Shown: positions 41,024 to 50,284 of the stretch, one piece after another
Numbering within the stretch: the stretch's first letter is position 1
Layout of the letters: every line of letters starts with the position of its first letter
NCBI GenBank assembly: GCA_963666565.1
Contig: OY762911.1
Coordinates: forward strand, 1,984,001 to 2,048,000
DNA: 64,000 nt
Direction of reading: 5' to 3'
Origin: Thermoanaerobaculia bacterium
GTDB lineage: Bacteria > Acidobacteriota > Thermoanaerobaculia > Multivoradales > Multivoraceae
Made by a program: the position numbers and the translations under genes
Notes under the pieces: generated by a model
Database searches by the model: none
What the model saw: the letters and a program-made list of their open reading frames with translations, nothing else
What the model was told of the DNA's origin: nothing

Positions 41024-42295
41024 ATGAAAGAACCCCTCTTGGGAACGGCTGGCCGCTGGCGGTCGGTTCCGGTCGCCGCGGTACTGGCCGGACTCGCGGT
41101 TTCGGGCGGCGCGGCAGCCGACGACTGGCCGCAGTGGCGCGGACCGCAGCGCGACGGCGTCTCGATGGAGACCGGCCTTGCCGGCCGCTGGCCGTCCGGG
41201 GGGCCTCCGCTGCTGTGGCGCATCGACGGCCTGGGCGAGGGCTACGGTTCGGTGTCGGCGGTCGGCGGCGCTCTCTACGTGCAGGGAACCCGCGGCGGCC
41301 GCAGCCTCGTGTTCGCCCTCGATGCGTCGGACGGCGACGTCCGCTGGGAACGCGAACTCGGCTCGCGGCTTCGGGACGGCCGGGGCAATGGCCCCCGCGG
41401 CACGCCGACGGTGGCTGGCGACGCGCTCTACGCGCTGACCGGCGTGGGAGAACTGGCGCGCATCCGTCTCGCTGACGGGAGCGTGGCGTGGCGGCGAAAC
41501 ATCCTCCGCGACTTCGGCCAGCGGAACATCAGTTGGGGGATCAGCGAGTCCCCTTTGATCGAGGGCGGCCGGGTGGTCGTGATGCCGGGAGGAGAGGGCG
41601 GCGCGATCGCGGCCCTCGACCGGGAGACGGGCGGCACGGTGTGGACCAGCACCGGCCTGACCGACCGGGCCGGCTACTCGTCTCTCATCGCCGTCGACCT
41701 GGAGGACGGCGGCGAGCCGCTGCGGGCGATCGTCGGCTTCACGGCGCGGGCCGGCGTGGGCGTGCGGGCCTCGGACGGCGAACTGCTCTGGCACTACCGG
41801 GAGCCGGCCAACCGCACGGCGAACGCGGCGACGCCGATCTACTCGGGCGGCCTCGTCTTCTACGCCTCGGACTACGGCACGGGAGGCGGCGCGCTCCGGG
41901 TGCGGGTGGCTGGCGACAACGTGAGCAGCGGCCAGGCGTGGTTCGAGTCGCGCCTGCGCAACCATCACGGCGGCGTCGTGCTCCACGAAGGACATCTCTA
42001 CGGGTTCTTCGGCAGCGCGCTCGCCTGCGTGGACTTCGCAACCGGCGAGACCGTGTGGAGGGACCGCAGCGTCGGCAAGGGTTCGCTCACTCTCGCCGAC
42101 GGCAAGCTGTTCCTGCTCGGCGAGAGGCACCTCGCCGGCCTGGCGGAAGCGACGCCCGATGGCTACGTCGAGCTGGGCCGCTTCGACGTGGACAACCGCG
42201 GCCGCCCGAGCTGGGCGCATCCCGTGGTAAGCAACGGCGTGCTGTACCTCCGCAACTGGGACGAACTGCTGGCGTACGACGTCGCGGACCGGTAG
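41024..42295 (+). CDS. PQQ-binding-like beta-propeller repeat protein
   Basis: Signal peptide then DWPQWRGPQRDG, GPRGTPTV, WAHPVVSNGVLYLR. Confidence 0.88.
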   Translation: MKEPLLGTAGRWRSVPVAAVLAGLAVSGGAAADDWPQWRGPQRDGVSMETGLAGRWPSGGPPLLWRIDGLGEGYGSVSAVGGALYVQGTRGGRSLVFALDASDGDVRWERELGSRLRDGRGNGPRGTPTVAGDALYALTGVGELARIRLADGSVAWRRNILRDFGQRNISWGISESPLIEGGRVVVMPGGEGGAIAALDRETGGTVWTSTGLTDRAGYSSLIAVDLEDGGEPLRAIVGFTARAGVGVRASDGELLWHYREPANRTANAATPIYSGGLVFYASDYGTGGGALRVRVAGDNVSSGQAWFESRLRNHHGGVVLHEGHLYGFFGSALACVDFATGETVWRDRSVGKGSLTLADGKLFLLGERHLAGLAEATPDGYVELGRFDVDNRGRPSWAHPVVSNGVLYLRNWDELLAYDVADR

Positions 42296-42346
42296 GGCGC
42301 GGGCTCAGGATTGGCGCCCGCGTCGGGGTGGCGTAGGGTAACGGCC

Positions 42347-42565
42347 ATGCGGACGAAGGTGGAGCTCGACGACGAACTCGTGGCCGAGGCGAGTCGCTAC
42401 GCGAACCGAACGGGCCGGACTCTCGGGGCGCTGATCGAGGAGGGCCTGCGCCTCGTGGTCCCCCTTCGGCAGTCACGTGGACCTGCGGAACGGGTGGAGT
42501 TATTGACCGGCGGCAAGGGCGGATTGATGCCCGGCGTCAAGAAGGACGGCTTCAATCACCTCTGA
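42347..42565 (+). CDS. Orphan VapB-like ribbon-helix-helix antitoxin (DUF2191-like)
   Basis: MRTKVELDDELVAEA...TLGALIEEGLR...GGLMPGV. No toxin gene follows. Confidence 0.7.
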   Translation: MRTKVELDDELVAEASRYANRTGRTLGALIEEGLRLVVPLRQSRGPAERVELLTGGKGGLMPGVKKDGFNHL

Positions 42566-43219
42566 TCAGTCGCGCAAGGGGCCCGATCGCTCGCCGTCGG
42601 CAAACGCGCTCTGGAACTCCGGCCTGCCTTCGAGCCGGCCCATGTAGGCGACGGTGTTTGGGTACCTTTCGTCCAGTACGCCCAGCCGCTGCGCCAAGGC
42701 CAGCGAGTATCCCATCATGATGTCGGCGGCGGTCAGGTCGTCGCCGAGCAGGTAGTCGCGGCCTTCGAGTGTCGCTTCGACCGCGTCGAGGCAGATCTCG
42801 GCGCGCTCGCGGCCGTCCTCGACGACGGCCGGGATGCGCTCCGGTGCCGGCTTGAGGATGCGGTGGTGGACCATGTCGCCGAGCGGACGCGCCAGGCTCG
42901 CCTCGGCGAACCAGGACCACTGAAGGAACAGCGCGCTTTCGGGGCTGCCCGCAGGCGGCTGCAGGCGGCCTTTCCCGTATCGCTCCAGGATGTAGTGGAC
43001 CATCGCGCCGGACTCGATCATGGTGAAGGGCTTGCCCTTCTCGTCGACGTCCGTCATGGCCGGCACCTTGCCGATCGGGTTGAGCCGCCGCCATTCGGCC
43101 GACTTGCGGTACTCCGGGCTGAAGTCGACCGGGACGACTTCGTACGGGAGATCCAACTCCTCGCACAGCCAGATGACCCGTGCGGAGCGGGTCCGCGGCA
43201 CGTGGTAGATCGTGATCAC
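42566..43219 (-). CDS. Glutathione S-transferase
   Basis: RSARVIWLCEEL, LNPIGKVP, ESGA, YLLGDDLTAADI. Confidence 0.92.
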   Translation of the reverse strand: MITIYHVPRTRSARVIWLCEELDLPYEVVPVDFSPEYRKSAEWRRLNPIGKVPAMTDVDEKGKPFTMIESGAMVHYILERYGKGRLQPPAGSPESALFLQWSWFAEASLARPLGDMVHHRILKPAPERIPAVVEDGRERAEICLDAVEATLEGRDYLLGDDLTAADIMMGYSLALAQRLGVLDERYPNTVAYMGRLEGRPEFQSAFADGERSGPLRD

Positions 43220-43252
43220 GTGCGAAGGGAGAACGTCGATAATCTGGTCGGT

Positions 43253-44119
43253 CTACGCCAGAGCGCGCTCGAACAGGGCGAGCAGTCGGCTCCACGCCCG
43301 CTCCGCCTGAGCCTCGTTGTAGACCGGCGTGTCCGGCGGGCACCAGCCGTGCATCGCGCCCTCGTAGACCTCGATCTCGGCCGGCAGGCCGGCGGCCTCG
43401 AACGTCTCGCGCAGCACGTCCTTGGCCTCGGGCTGGCGCTGGTCGTCGTTCTCGGCGATCGCGAACAGGTAGTGCGCCGTCATGTCCTTCACGAGGAGGT
43501 GTGGGCTGTCCGGCTGATCCGTGACGAGTCCGCCGCCGTGGAAGGAGGCGCCGGCGCCGATGCGGTCGGGCAGCGCGGCCGCCGTCCGCATCGTCATCGG
43601 GCCGCCCATGCAGTAGCCCATCGTTCCCATCTTCCGGTCGCTGTCGACGGACGACTGGCCGTCCAGGAAGCTCACGAAGGCCTTCGCGTCCGTCACGTTG
43701 GTCTCGGGACTCAGCGAACCCATCAGCGGCCGCAGCGTCTCGCGCAAGGCGGCGAAGTCGGTGCCGTCCGCGATGGGCGCCTTCTTCGACCGGTAGTACT
43801 GGTTGACGGCCAGGACGGAGTAGCCCGATTCCGCGAGGCGCGTCGCCATCTGCCGCATCGCCGGCCGCAGGCCGAACGCGTCCGGCCAGATGAGGACGCC
43901 CGGATGGGCGCCGTTCGCCGGGTGGACGAAGTAGCTGTCGCAGACGCCGTCGGGTGTCGTGATCTCGATCTCGGAGTCGGTGACGTTCAGGGCGTTCGCC
44001 GCCCGCGGCAGCAGGATCGTCAGGCCCGCGCCGGCCGAGACGGCGCCGAACTCCCGACGGGTCAGCCGCTTCCCTTGCAGGTACCGGGCGTTCTCGGCAT
44101 CGGTTCTGTCGTCACACAT
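43253..44119 (-). CDS. Dienelactone hydrolase family protein with Tat signal
   Basis: TRREFG, GYCMGG nucleophile, HGW. Confidence 0.9.
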   Translation of the reverse strand: MCDDRTDAENARYLQGKRLTRREFGAVSAGAGLTILLPRAANALNVTDSEIEITTPDGVCDSYFVHPANGAHPGVLIWPDAFGLRPAMRQMATRLAESGYSVLAVNQYYRSKKAPIADGTDFAALRETLRPLMGSLSPETNVTDAKAFVSFLDGQSSVDSDRKMGTMGYCMGGPMTMRTAAALPDRIGAGASFHGGGLVTDQPDSPHLLVKDMTAHYLFAIAENDDQRQPEAKDVLRETFEAAGLPAEIEVYEGAMHGWCPPDTPVYNEAQAERAWSRLLALFERALA

Positions 44120-44152
44120 GGGGTCCTCCCGGGTCTGGGTTTCAGGCGTCCC

Positions 44153-44308
44153 TCAGGCCGCTTCATGGATGGTCCGTCCCTCGCCCCGCGCCGCCGAGCC
44201 GAAGAGGATGATCTTCTCCGGCTGGGCAACGTCCACGATGCACCGGACGATCTTGTCCAGGAGGTCGGGGTCGAGGGGGCGTGTGCCGGTTTGCGGCGGC
44301 TCGGTCAT
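44153..44308 (-). pseudogene. Truncated minimal nucleotidyltransferase (MNT antitoxin-like)
   Basis: IVRCIVDVAQPEKIILFGSAARGE, then a stop before the DxD motif. Confidence 0.7.
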
Positions 44309-44470
44309 TGGAACGAGTCTACAGGCCGCCGTTCCGTTTCGGGCCGTTCGGCGCACGCCCGCACGACGGGACGGGGTACCGGCGGCACTTCCATCGTGTG
44401 CTTCTGTTGCAATGGACTAATCGATGGTCCAGAATGGGCGAGCCGAGTCCAATGACCTGAGGCCGTTCCC

Positions 44471-44728
44471 ATGCAAATCTCCGTATCCGAGGCCAAGGCC
44501 AAGCTGACTGAACTCGTCCGGCGCGCCGAAGCCGGACACGACGTGGTACTTACTCGTCATGGCCGGGCAACGGTCGCCCTGGTTCCCGTTCGGGCGCGGC
44601 GCGATCCCGAGGCGCGACGGGCCGTGATCGCCTCCGTGCGCGCCGCCGCCGCGGGCAAGGCGGAGATCGGCGCCAGCGCCGCCCGGAGCCAGGACTTTCT
44701 CTACGGCGACAGCGGTCTGCCAGAGTGA
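44471..44728 (+). CDS. Phd/YefM family antitoxin
   Basis: ISVSEAKAKLTELVRRAEAGHDVVLTRHG. Confidence 0.9.
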   Translation: MQISVSEAKAKLTELVRRAEAGHDVVLTRHGRATVALVPVRARRDPEARRAVIASVRAAAAGKAEIGASAARSQDFLYGDSGLPE

Positions 44729-45105
44729 TTGCCGTAGACACGTCCGCCCTGATGGCCGTTCTGCTGGACGAGCCGACCGCGGGAGATTGTGCTGAGGTGC
44801 TGGCGAGCGAGCGCTGCGCGATTTCCGCGGCTACGGTCGCCGAAGCGTTGATCGTGGCCGATCGCCGAGGCTTGCGTTCGGAGATGGCCGGCTTGATCGA
44901 CGGCCTGGGCCTTGAGGTCGTCAGCGTGTCGGCGGCGGCAGCCCGCCGGGTTGCTGACGCTTATGCGCGATGGGGTAAGGGCGTGCATGCCTCCGCACTG
45001 AACTTCGGCGATTGCTTCGCCTACGACCTGGCCAAGACCAATGATTGCCCCTTGCTCTACGTTGGGCTGGATTTCGGACGGACCGACGTTGACGCTGCCA
45101 TGTAG
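44725..45105 (+). CDS. vapC: VapC family PIN toxin
   Basis: VDTSALMAVL, E, LNFGDCFAY, LLYVGLDF..TD. GTGA-coupled to the antitoxin. Confidence 0.9.
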   Translation: MIAVDTSALMAVLLDEPTAGDCAEVLASERCAISAATVAEALIVADRRGLRSEMAGLIDGLGLEVVSVSAAAARRVADAYARWGKGVHASALNFGDCFAYDLAKTNDCPLLYVGLDFGRTDVDAAM

Positions 45106-45145
45106 GCGATGCCCGGACATGGCACGCTGTTCGCCTCCAACTGCC

Positions 45146-45622
45146 TTAGCCCCACCACACGCCGCAGTCCCTCGCCTGGAGTTCCCGTGCCAACGCCCTC
45201 TCCATGTCTTTGGCCTGATCGGCTGACACGGAGGCTGAACCCACTAGAGGACGCTTGCCGAAGTCTCTGACGAACCCCTTGCCGGCTTGGTAGTTCCTCT
45301 TGTGTCGCTTGAAACGACGCTCGGGCTTGAGTCCGGTTTCGCCCACGTAAAAGAACTGCTTACGGTTCTCCTCCCGGTAGTGAGGGTTCTTCTCCCGGAA
45401 CTTCGCTTTCTCCCGCCACACAGACCGGTCAAGGAGAACCACGTAGAGGTTCCGCTCCCGTCCCCCCGGCGGGACCGCGGGGTACCGGCTCAGCACGGAG
45501 TCGATGGCCTCGCGGACCAACTGGGTCGCTGGCCGAGCCCGCCGCCTTCGGATGAGCTCTATGGCCGCATAGGTGGCTGCTGCGCCAGCGCCAACTGCGA
45601 TGGGAATGAGGGGGACGGCCAC
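45146..45622 (-). CDS. GIY-YIG-like nuclease family protein with hydrophobic N-terminus
   Basis: NLYVVLL ... FYVGETG..PERRFKRHK ... ME. Confidence 0.6.
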   Translation of the reverse strand: MAVPLIPIAVGAGAAATYAAIELIRRRRARPATQLVREAIDSVLSRYPAVPPGGRERNLYVVLLDRSVWREKAKFREKNPHYREENRKQFFYVGETGLKPERRFKRHKRNYQAGKGFVRDFGKRPLVGSASVSADQAKDMERALARELQARDCGVWWG

Positions 45623-45650
45623 TCTTCGCTGCTCCTATCGTTACACGCTG

Positions 45651-46283
45651 CTACACGTGGCTCTCGCCGGGCTCGTGCTGGCAGCCACGGAAACGCTCGA
45701 CGCGGACCCGGTCGGGCAGCCCTAGCGCTTCCGTGCGTCCGACCTTCGAGGTGTAGAAGGCGAACAGCGTACGCCGCTTCAGGTCGCTGAAGAAAGCGGC
45801 GCCGGCGAGCAGTTCCGGCGCGTGTTCCTCGTGCTCGTCGCTGATCTCGCGCAGCATGTCGAGTTGGCGAGCCGCGTCGAGTGCGACGAAGGACGAGCCG
45901 TGCACCTCCGCCGCGCGCCGGTCGATCCAGTCCAGGCCGCCGAGCGCGGCCAACTGCTCGTCGCCGTCGGCGAGCGAGAGTTCGAGGTCGATGAACTCGT
46001 GGACGGCGGCGTCTCGGGCGCCGGGAGTGTCCGTGCGCGGCAGGATGTGCTCGCAGAGCACGGCGAGCAGTTCGCCCTGGGCCTGCGTCAGCAGCCGGGG
46101 CGTCCAGCCGGCGCCCTCGGCCTGGTAGGCGGCCACCGCCGGGATCGCGGCCCGAATCGGTTCGGCCTGCAGCGTGGCGTAGCCGAAGGCGCCCGCGCCG
46201 GCCGCCAGGACCTTCCGTCTCGTGGTCCGTCCGCCCGCGCTTGCCCCCGCGGCGGTGGTCGCGCCGTTCGTCGGCTTGTTCAT
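45651..46283 (-). CDS. Gluconate 2-dehydrogenase subunit 3 family protein (Tat signal)
   Basis: TRRKVL, ILPRTDTPGARDAAVHEFID, FYTS. ATGA-coupled to the GMC gene. Confidence 0.85.
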   Translation of the reverse strand: MNKPTNGATTAAGASAGGRTTRRKVLAAGAGAFGYATLQAEPIRAAIPAVAAYQAEGAGWTPRLLTQAQGELLAVLCEHILPRTDTPGARDAAVHEFIDLELSLADGDEQLAALGGLDWIDRRAAEVHGSSFVALDAARQLDMLREISDEHEEHAPELLAGAAFFSDLKRRTLFAFYTSKVGRTEALGLPDRVRVERFRGCQHEPGESHV

Positions 46284-47974
46284 GCGAGTTCTCCGCGCTT
46301 GTGCCGCTCGACGACGTACTCGGACGAGCGCAGCGCCAGCGCCATCATGGTCAAGGTCGGGTTGACGCAGCCGATGCTGACGTAGCAGGAGCCGTCCATG
46401 ACGAACAGGTTCTTCACGGTGTGGGACTGCTGGTACTGGTTCATCCAGGAGGTCTTCGGATCGTCGCCCATGCGGGCCGTGCCGACCTCGTGGATGCCCG
46501 ATCCCAGCGGCGCCGGCTCCGTGTTCTGGGTGATGTTCGTGCAGCCGAGCGCCTCCAGCATGGCCCGGCCTTCCGCGATGATGTCCTGGACCATCGCGTA
46601 CTCGTTGCTGCCGAGGGTGCAGTTCATCCGGAGCACGGGCACGCCCCACTTGTCGGTCACGTCCGCGTCGAGCGCGACGCGGTTCTCGGCCCGCGGCAGG
46701 ATCTCGCCGAAGCCGCCGAGGCCGATCGTCGAGACGGTGCTCGATTCGACCATCCGCTTGAAGTCGGCGCCGAAGCCGGGAATGCCGTTGCCGTGCTGCC
46801 AGGTGGTGATGTTCTCGCCGCCCTGGTAGCCGTAGCCGCGGATGAAGTTCGGGTTCTTCGTTGCCGCGTCCTTCAGGTTCTGGAAGCGGGGTACGTAGAT
46901 CCCGTTCGGTCGATTCGCGCGCTCCGGTTGAGCGCCGGCCCGCGCCTCCAGGACGCCGCGTACTCCGGTCGCGTAGATGTGGTCCATCACGTAGCGGCCC
47001 AGGCAGTCGCTGTCGTTGGCGAGGCCGCCCTCGGCCGAGTTGAGCAGGATGCGGGTCGAAGCGAGGGTCGAGGCGCAGAGCACGACGACGTCGGCCTTGG
47101 CTTCCCGGGTCAGGTCCGTGTTCTTGTCGACGTAGGTGACGCCCGAGGCCAGGTCGCCGGCCTTCATGTCGACCTTGATGACGGCGGCGTCCGGGACCAG
47201 GGTGAACCGGCCGGTCGCCTCGCAGTCGACGAGGGTCGTCTGCGGCGAGTTGAAGTAGGAGTTCGTCCGGCAGCCGTAGTGGCAGGGGCCGCAGTAGTGG
47301 CACATGTCGCGGCCGTTGTGCCGGCGGGTGAGGACGGCGTTGCGGCCGATCGTCATCGGCCGGTTGAACTTCTCGGCCAGGGTCTCCTTCAGCATCGCCT
47401 CGCCGCACGTGAAGGCCATCGGCGGCAGGAAGTCGCCGTCCGGCAGGATCTCCAGACCCTCCTTGCGGCCGTTGACGCCGATGTAGCGTTCGATCCGGTC
47501 GTAGTACGGCGCCAGGTCGGCGTAGCCGATCGGCCAGTCCATGCCGTAGCCATCGAGGCTGGCCGCCTTGAAGTCGTAGTCGCTCATCCGGTACGACTGC
47601 CGCGCCCACATGATCGAGCGGCCGCCGACGACGTTGCCCTGGATCCAGTTGAAGTGGGTGCCGGGGGCCTCGGTGTAGGGGTTGTCGACGTCGTCGATGA
47701 AGAAGTCCGCGTTGACCTCGGTGCAGGCGTAGCAGTACGACTGGCGGTGCCGCCGCTGGAGCAGTTCGTTGCGCGGGTCGGGGCGGCCGCGGAGTTCCAT
47801 GTCGTGCGGCAGGGTGTGCTCGCGGAAGTCGTTCTCGGGGTCGAAGGCGCGGCCGGCCTCGAGCATCAGCACGTCCATCCCGGCTTCGGTGAGGACCTTG
47901 GCGGCCCAGCCGCCGGTGGCGCCGGAGCCGACGACGATGGCGTCCCAGGTCTTCGTGTCGGACGTCTGTTTCAT
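46280..47974 (-). CDS. GMC family flavin oxidoreductase
   Basis: VVGSGATGG, GGRSIMW, CHYCGPCHYGC Fe-S motif, HEVGTARMG, NPTLTMMAL. Confidence 0.93.
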   Translation of the reverse strand: MKQTSDTKTWDAIVVGSGATGGWAAKVLTEAGMDVLMLEAGRAFDPENDFREHTLPHDMELRGRPDPRNELLQRRHRQSYCYACTEVNADFFIDDVDNPYTEAPGTHFNWIQGNVVGGRSIMWARQSYRMSDYDFKAASLDGYGMDWPIGYADLAPYYDRIERYIGVNGRKEGLEILPDGDFLPPMAFTCGEAMLKETLAEKFNRPMTIGRNAVLTRRHNGRDMCHYCGPCHYGCRTNSYFNSPQTTLVDCEATGRFTLVPDAAVIKVDMKAGDLASGVTYVDKNTDLTREAKADVVVLCASTLASTRILLNSAEGGLANDSDCLGRYVMDHIYATGVRGVLEARAGAQPERANRPNGIYVPRFQNLKDAATKNPNFIRGYGYQGGENITTWQHGNGIPGFGADFKRMVESSTVSTIGLGGFGEILPRAENRVALDADVTDKWGVPVLRMNCTLGSNEYAMVQDIIAEGRAMLEALGCTNITQNTEPAPLGSGIHEVGTARMGDDPKTSWMNQYQQSHTVKNLFVMDGSCYVSIGCVNPTLTMMALALRSSEYVVERHKRGELA

Positions 47975-47996
47975 GCGGGAGGGTCCTCGGCTGGAG

Positions 47997-49052
47997 CTAG
48001 CGGACGACCGCCTCGGTCGACGCCTCGACGTTGTACGGCAGGGCGTCGTCGCCCTCGAGGCCCAGCCGCTCGTTGATCGCCAGCAGGTGGTGGTCGACGC
48101 CGATCTCGGCGCCGGGGCGGAAACCGGGCACGGTGATGACCTGCGCCAGCACGCCGCCCAGGCCGCGGTGGATCACGCCGCGCGGCAGGTAGATCAGGTC
48201 GCCGGCGCGGACGTCGTGAACGTCGAAGAGCTGCCCGGCGAGCTCGGGGGTCATCGTCTCGGGGGACTCGATTGCCTCGGCGCGGTAGCTCGTGAGGAGT
48301 TGGTCCTCGTCGTTGCTCATCTGCACCAGGTAGAACTCGTCGAAGCCCGTGTCCACGGGGTGGTAGTGGGTGAAGGAGTCCGTGATCCGCACGCGGTGCG
48401 CGTTCAGGCCGTGGAAGGTGTAGGGCCCGTTGTCGTTGAGCCAGGTGAGCAGGATGCGACGGTAGGCGCCGGTCTCCGTGGCGCAGCCGCCGGGGACGTC
48501 CGTGATGTTCGGATCCCAGTCGGGCCGGATCGCCGCCGGCACGTTCTCGTCCGGTGCGTCGGGAACGTCGAACACGAGCGCGGCGATCGCGGGTTCGACC
48601 GTCAGCCGTTCGCCGGGGCGGAGCACCGCGATGTCGCCTACATGGAGCTCGGTCCTGGTTGTGCCCGAGGCGGTGTGGATCTCGGCCGTCGCGGGCGCCT
48701 CCTCGACCGGCGTCTGAACGAAGACGAGCCGGCTCGACGCGTCCGCGGCGATCTCGGTGGCCGCGGCCAGGAACGTCATCGCGTAGCCGGGGTTCGCCGC
48801 CTCGAAGGCCTCCCGGACCCGCGCGAAGGCGGCTTGGCCCTCGGCGTCGTCGTCGAAGAGGTGGGCGCGGACGACTTCAGCCGGACTTCCTACGCTCTTG
48901 AGTTCGGCATCCTCCCCGCCCGGGTCGGCATCGACCTCGCTGGAGATGCAGGCACAGAGCGTGAGCGAGGCCAAGAACGTTGCTGCCGTCGCAGACGCGA
49001 GCGGTACCGGGCACCTTCGGAATCTCACCGGCGAAACGGTACCACGCGGCAA
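47997..49052 (-). CDS. Secreted or lipoprotein cupin-fold protein (start uncertain)
   Basis: Signal-like N-terminus; HYHP....DEFY and GDLIYLPRGVIH cupin motifs. Confidence 0.6.
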   Translation of the reverse strand: MPRGTVSPVRFRRCPVPLASATAATFLASLTLCACISSEVDADPGGEDAELKSVGSPAEVVRAHLFDDDAEGQAAFARVREAFEAANPGYAMTFLAAATEIAADASSRLVFVQTPVEEAPATAEIHTASGTTRTELHVGDIAVLRPGERLTVEPAIAALVFDVPDAPDENVPAAIRPDWDPNITDVPGGCATETGAYRRILLTWLNDNGPYTFHGLNAHRVRITDSFTHYHPVDTGFDEFYLVQMSNDEDQLLTSYRAEAIESPETMTPELAGQLFDVHDVRAGDLIYLPRGVIHRGLGGVLAQVITVPGFRPGAEIGVDHHLLAINERLGLEGDDALPYNVEASTEAVVR

Positions 49053-49068
49053 AGGTCGGGCTCGCCCT

Positions 49069-49863
49069 TCAGCTACCCCGATCGTGTCGCTCCTGGAATC
49101 TGGCGTGGAGCTCCAAGTCGAACAGTCTGGCGGATCGGATCTCCGAGAGTGGAAGGATCACACGCATGTCCTCCAGGGACGTGCTCCGGTCTGCTCCTGG
49201 GTGGTGTCTTCGGATCTCGTTGTAGTAGCGGCCGTAGGAAGTAGTCAGCTTGAGTTCCTGCGTGTCCTTGTCGCGGTAGCCGCTGACTACTGGGAGGAGA
49301 GCTATGTCGGGCTCGGTGGCGTCCCTCTGGAAGATGCCGCTGACCGTGGCATAGCCGATGTAGGTCTTGCCGCTGTTGAGTGCGATCTCGACAGTGGTGG
49401 GGCGTTGAGCCGAGTCCTGCAGAGTCAACTCGATGAGATCGCCCCTCTCCGCCGCTGCTCTGCGGGCGCCTTCGAGATCCGTACAGCGGAGACGGCGCCG
49501 CCAGGATAGCGGCGTCTCGGTGTCCACTGCCTCGTGTTCTGCGTCTGTCTCTTTCTTCCGCCGGTTGAGTCCGTACGGAAGAGCGAACCCGCTGAGAGTT
49601 CCGATGCCGACGGCCGCCTGAACCAGGGTGAGCGGCTCCGACAAACGTAGCCAGCCCTTGAGGTCTACGCCGAGGTCCGGAACTGCATACGAGAGAGCTA
49701 GAAGCGGCAGGTATGCGATGGCCGAGAGCAGGCCCCCCAGGCAGGCCGACCGGAAGACCAGGTGGTAGCCCGACTCGCGCAGAGCGCCGTACTTCCAGCA
49801 GTTTGCCCGCGTGAGGGCCCAGTACCCGCCGAGGGCCGGCAGGAGAAGAAGCCCGAGACCCAT
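49069..49863 (-). CDS. Hypothetical membrane protein (about 3 TM helices plus soluble C-terminal domain)
   Basis: Hydrophobic N-terminal half; KTYIGY, LLPVVSGYRDKDT. More AT-rich than the flanks. Confidence 0.65.
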   Translation of the reverse strand: MGLGLLLLPALGGYWALTRANCWKYGALRESGYHLVFRSACLGGLLSAIAYLPLLALSYAVPDLGVDLKGWLRLSEPLTLVQAAVGIGTLSGFALPYGLNRRKKETDAEHEAVDTETPLSWRRRLRCTDLEGARRAAAERGDLIELTLQDSAQRPTTVEIALNSGKTYIGYATVSGIFQRDATEPDIALLPVVSGYRDKDTQELKLTTSYGRYYNEIRRHHPGADRSTSLEDMRVILPLSEIRSARLFDLELHARFQERHDRGS

Positions 49864-49881
49864 CTGGCTGAGCCGACCGGT

Positions 49882-50088
49882 CTAGCCGGAGTGTGCCGCC
49901 TTGCGATTCGGCGGTGGCGGGTCGACCTGCGCGTAGCGGTGTTCTCGCTCGATGATGGCGGTGCCGGCAGAAAAGGCGTCCGCAACTTCCGGCCTGCTCA
50001 GGAGATCGTCCATGTCGACTTGCCACGCGCCCTTGCTCGTGAAGTGGAGTCGCACCGGCCGGCTGCTCTCCTTGGTCTTGTCGGTCAT
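49882..50088 (-). CDS. Small hypothetical protein
   Basis: ATG 50088, 68 aa, directly upstream of and co-oriented with 49069-49863. Confidence 0.45.
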   Translation of the reverse strand: MTDKTKESSRPVRLHFTSKGAWQVDMDDLLSRPEVADAFSAGTAIIEREHRYAQVDPPPPNRKAAHSG

Positions 50089-50284
50089 GACGCGCTCTTC
50101 CGGTTGCTGGCGGGCTCCCGACCACCCCACCTGAGACTCGACGCACAGCGTAGCAGAAGAGCCGACTTCCGTTTGCAGAGGACACGGCACCTGACAATGC
50201 CGTCGCGAGCTCGGGCCGAACTGGCCCGCGAACGCCCCGTGGGATCCATGCAGAGCACGGTACCATGAGGGGCTCCGGCGAGAC

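Noticed and set aside
42297-42325. Rho-independent terminator
   Set aside because: Short GC stem with a long loop and no U-tract; not distinguishable from chance.
45651-47609. 652-aa ORF as a single protein
   Set aside because: The upstream part is an alternative frame of the GMC gene; the true start is the coupled ATG at 46283.
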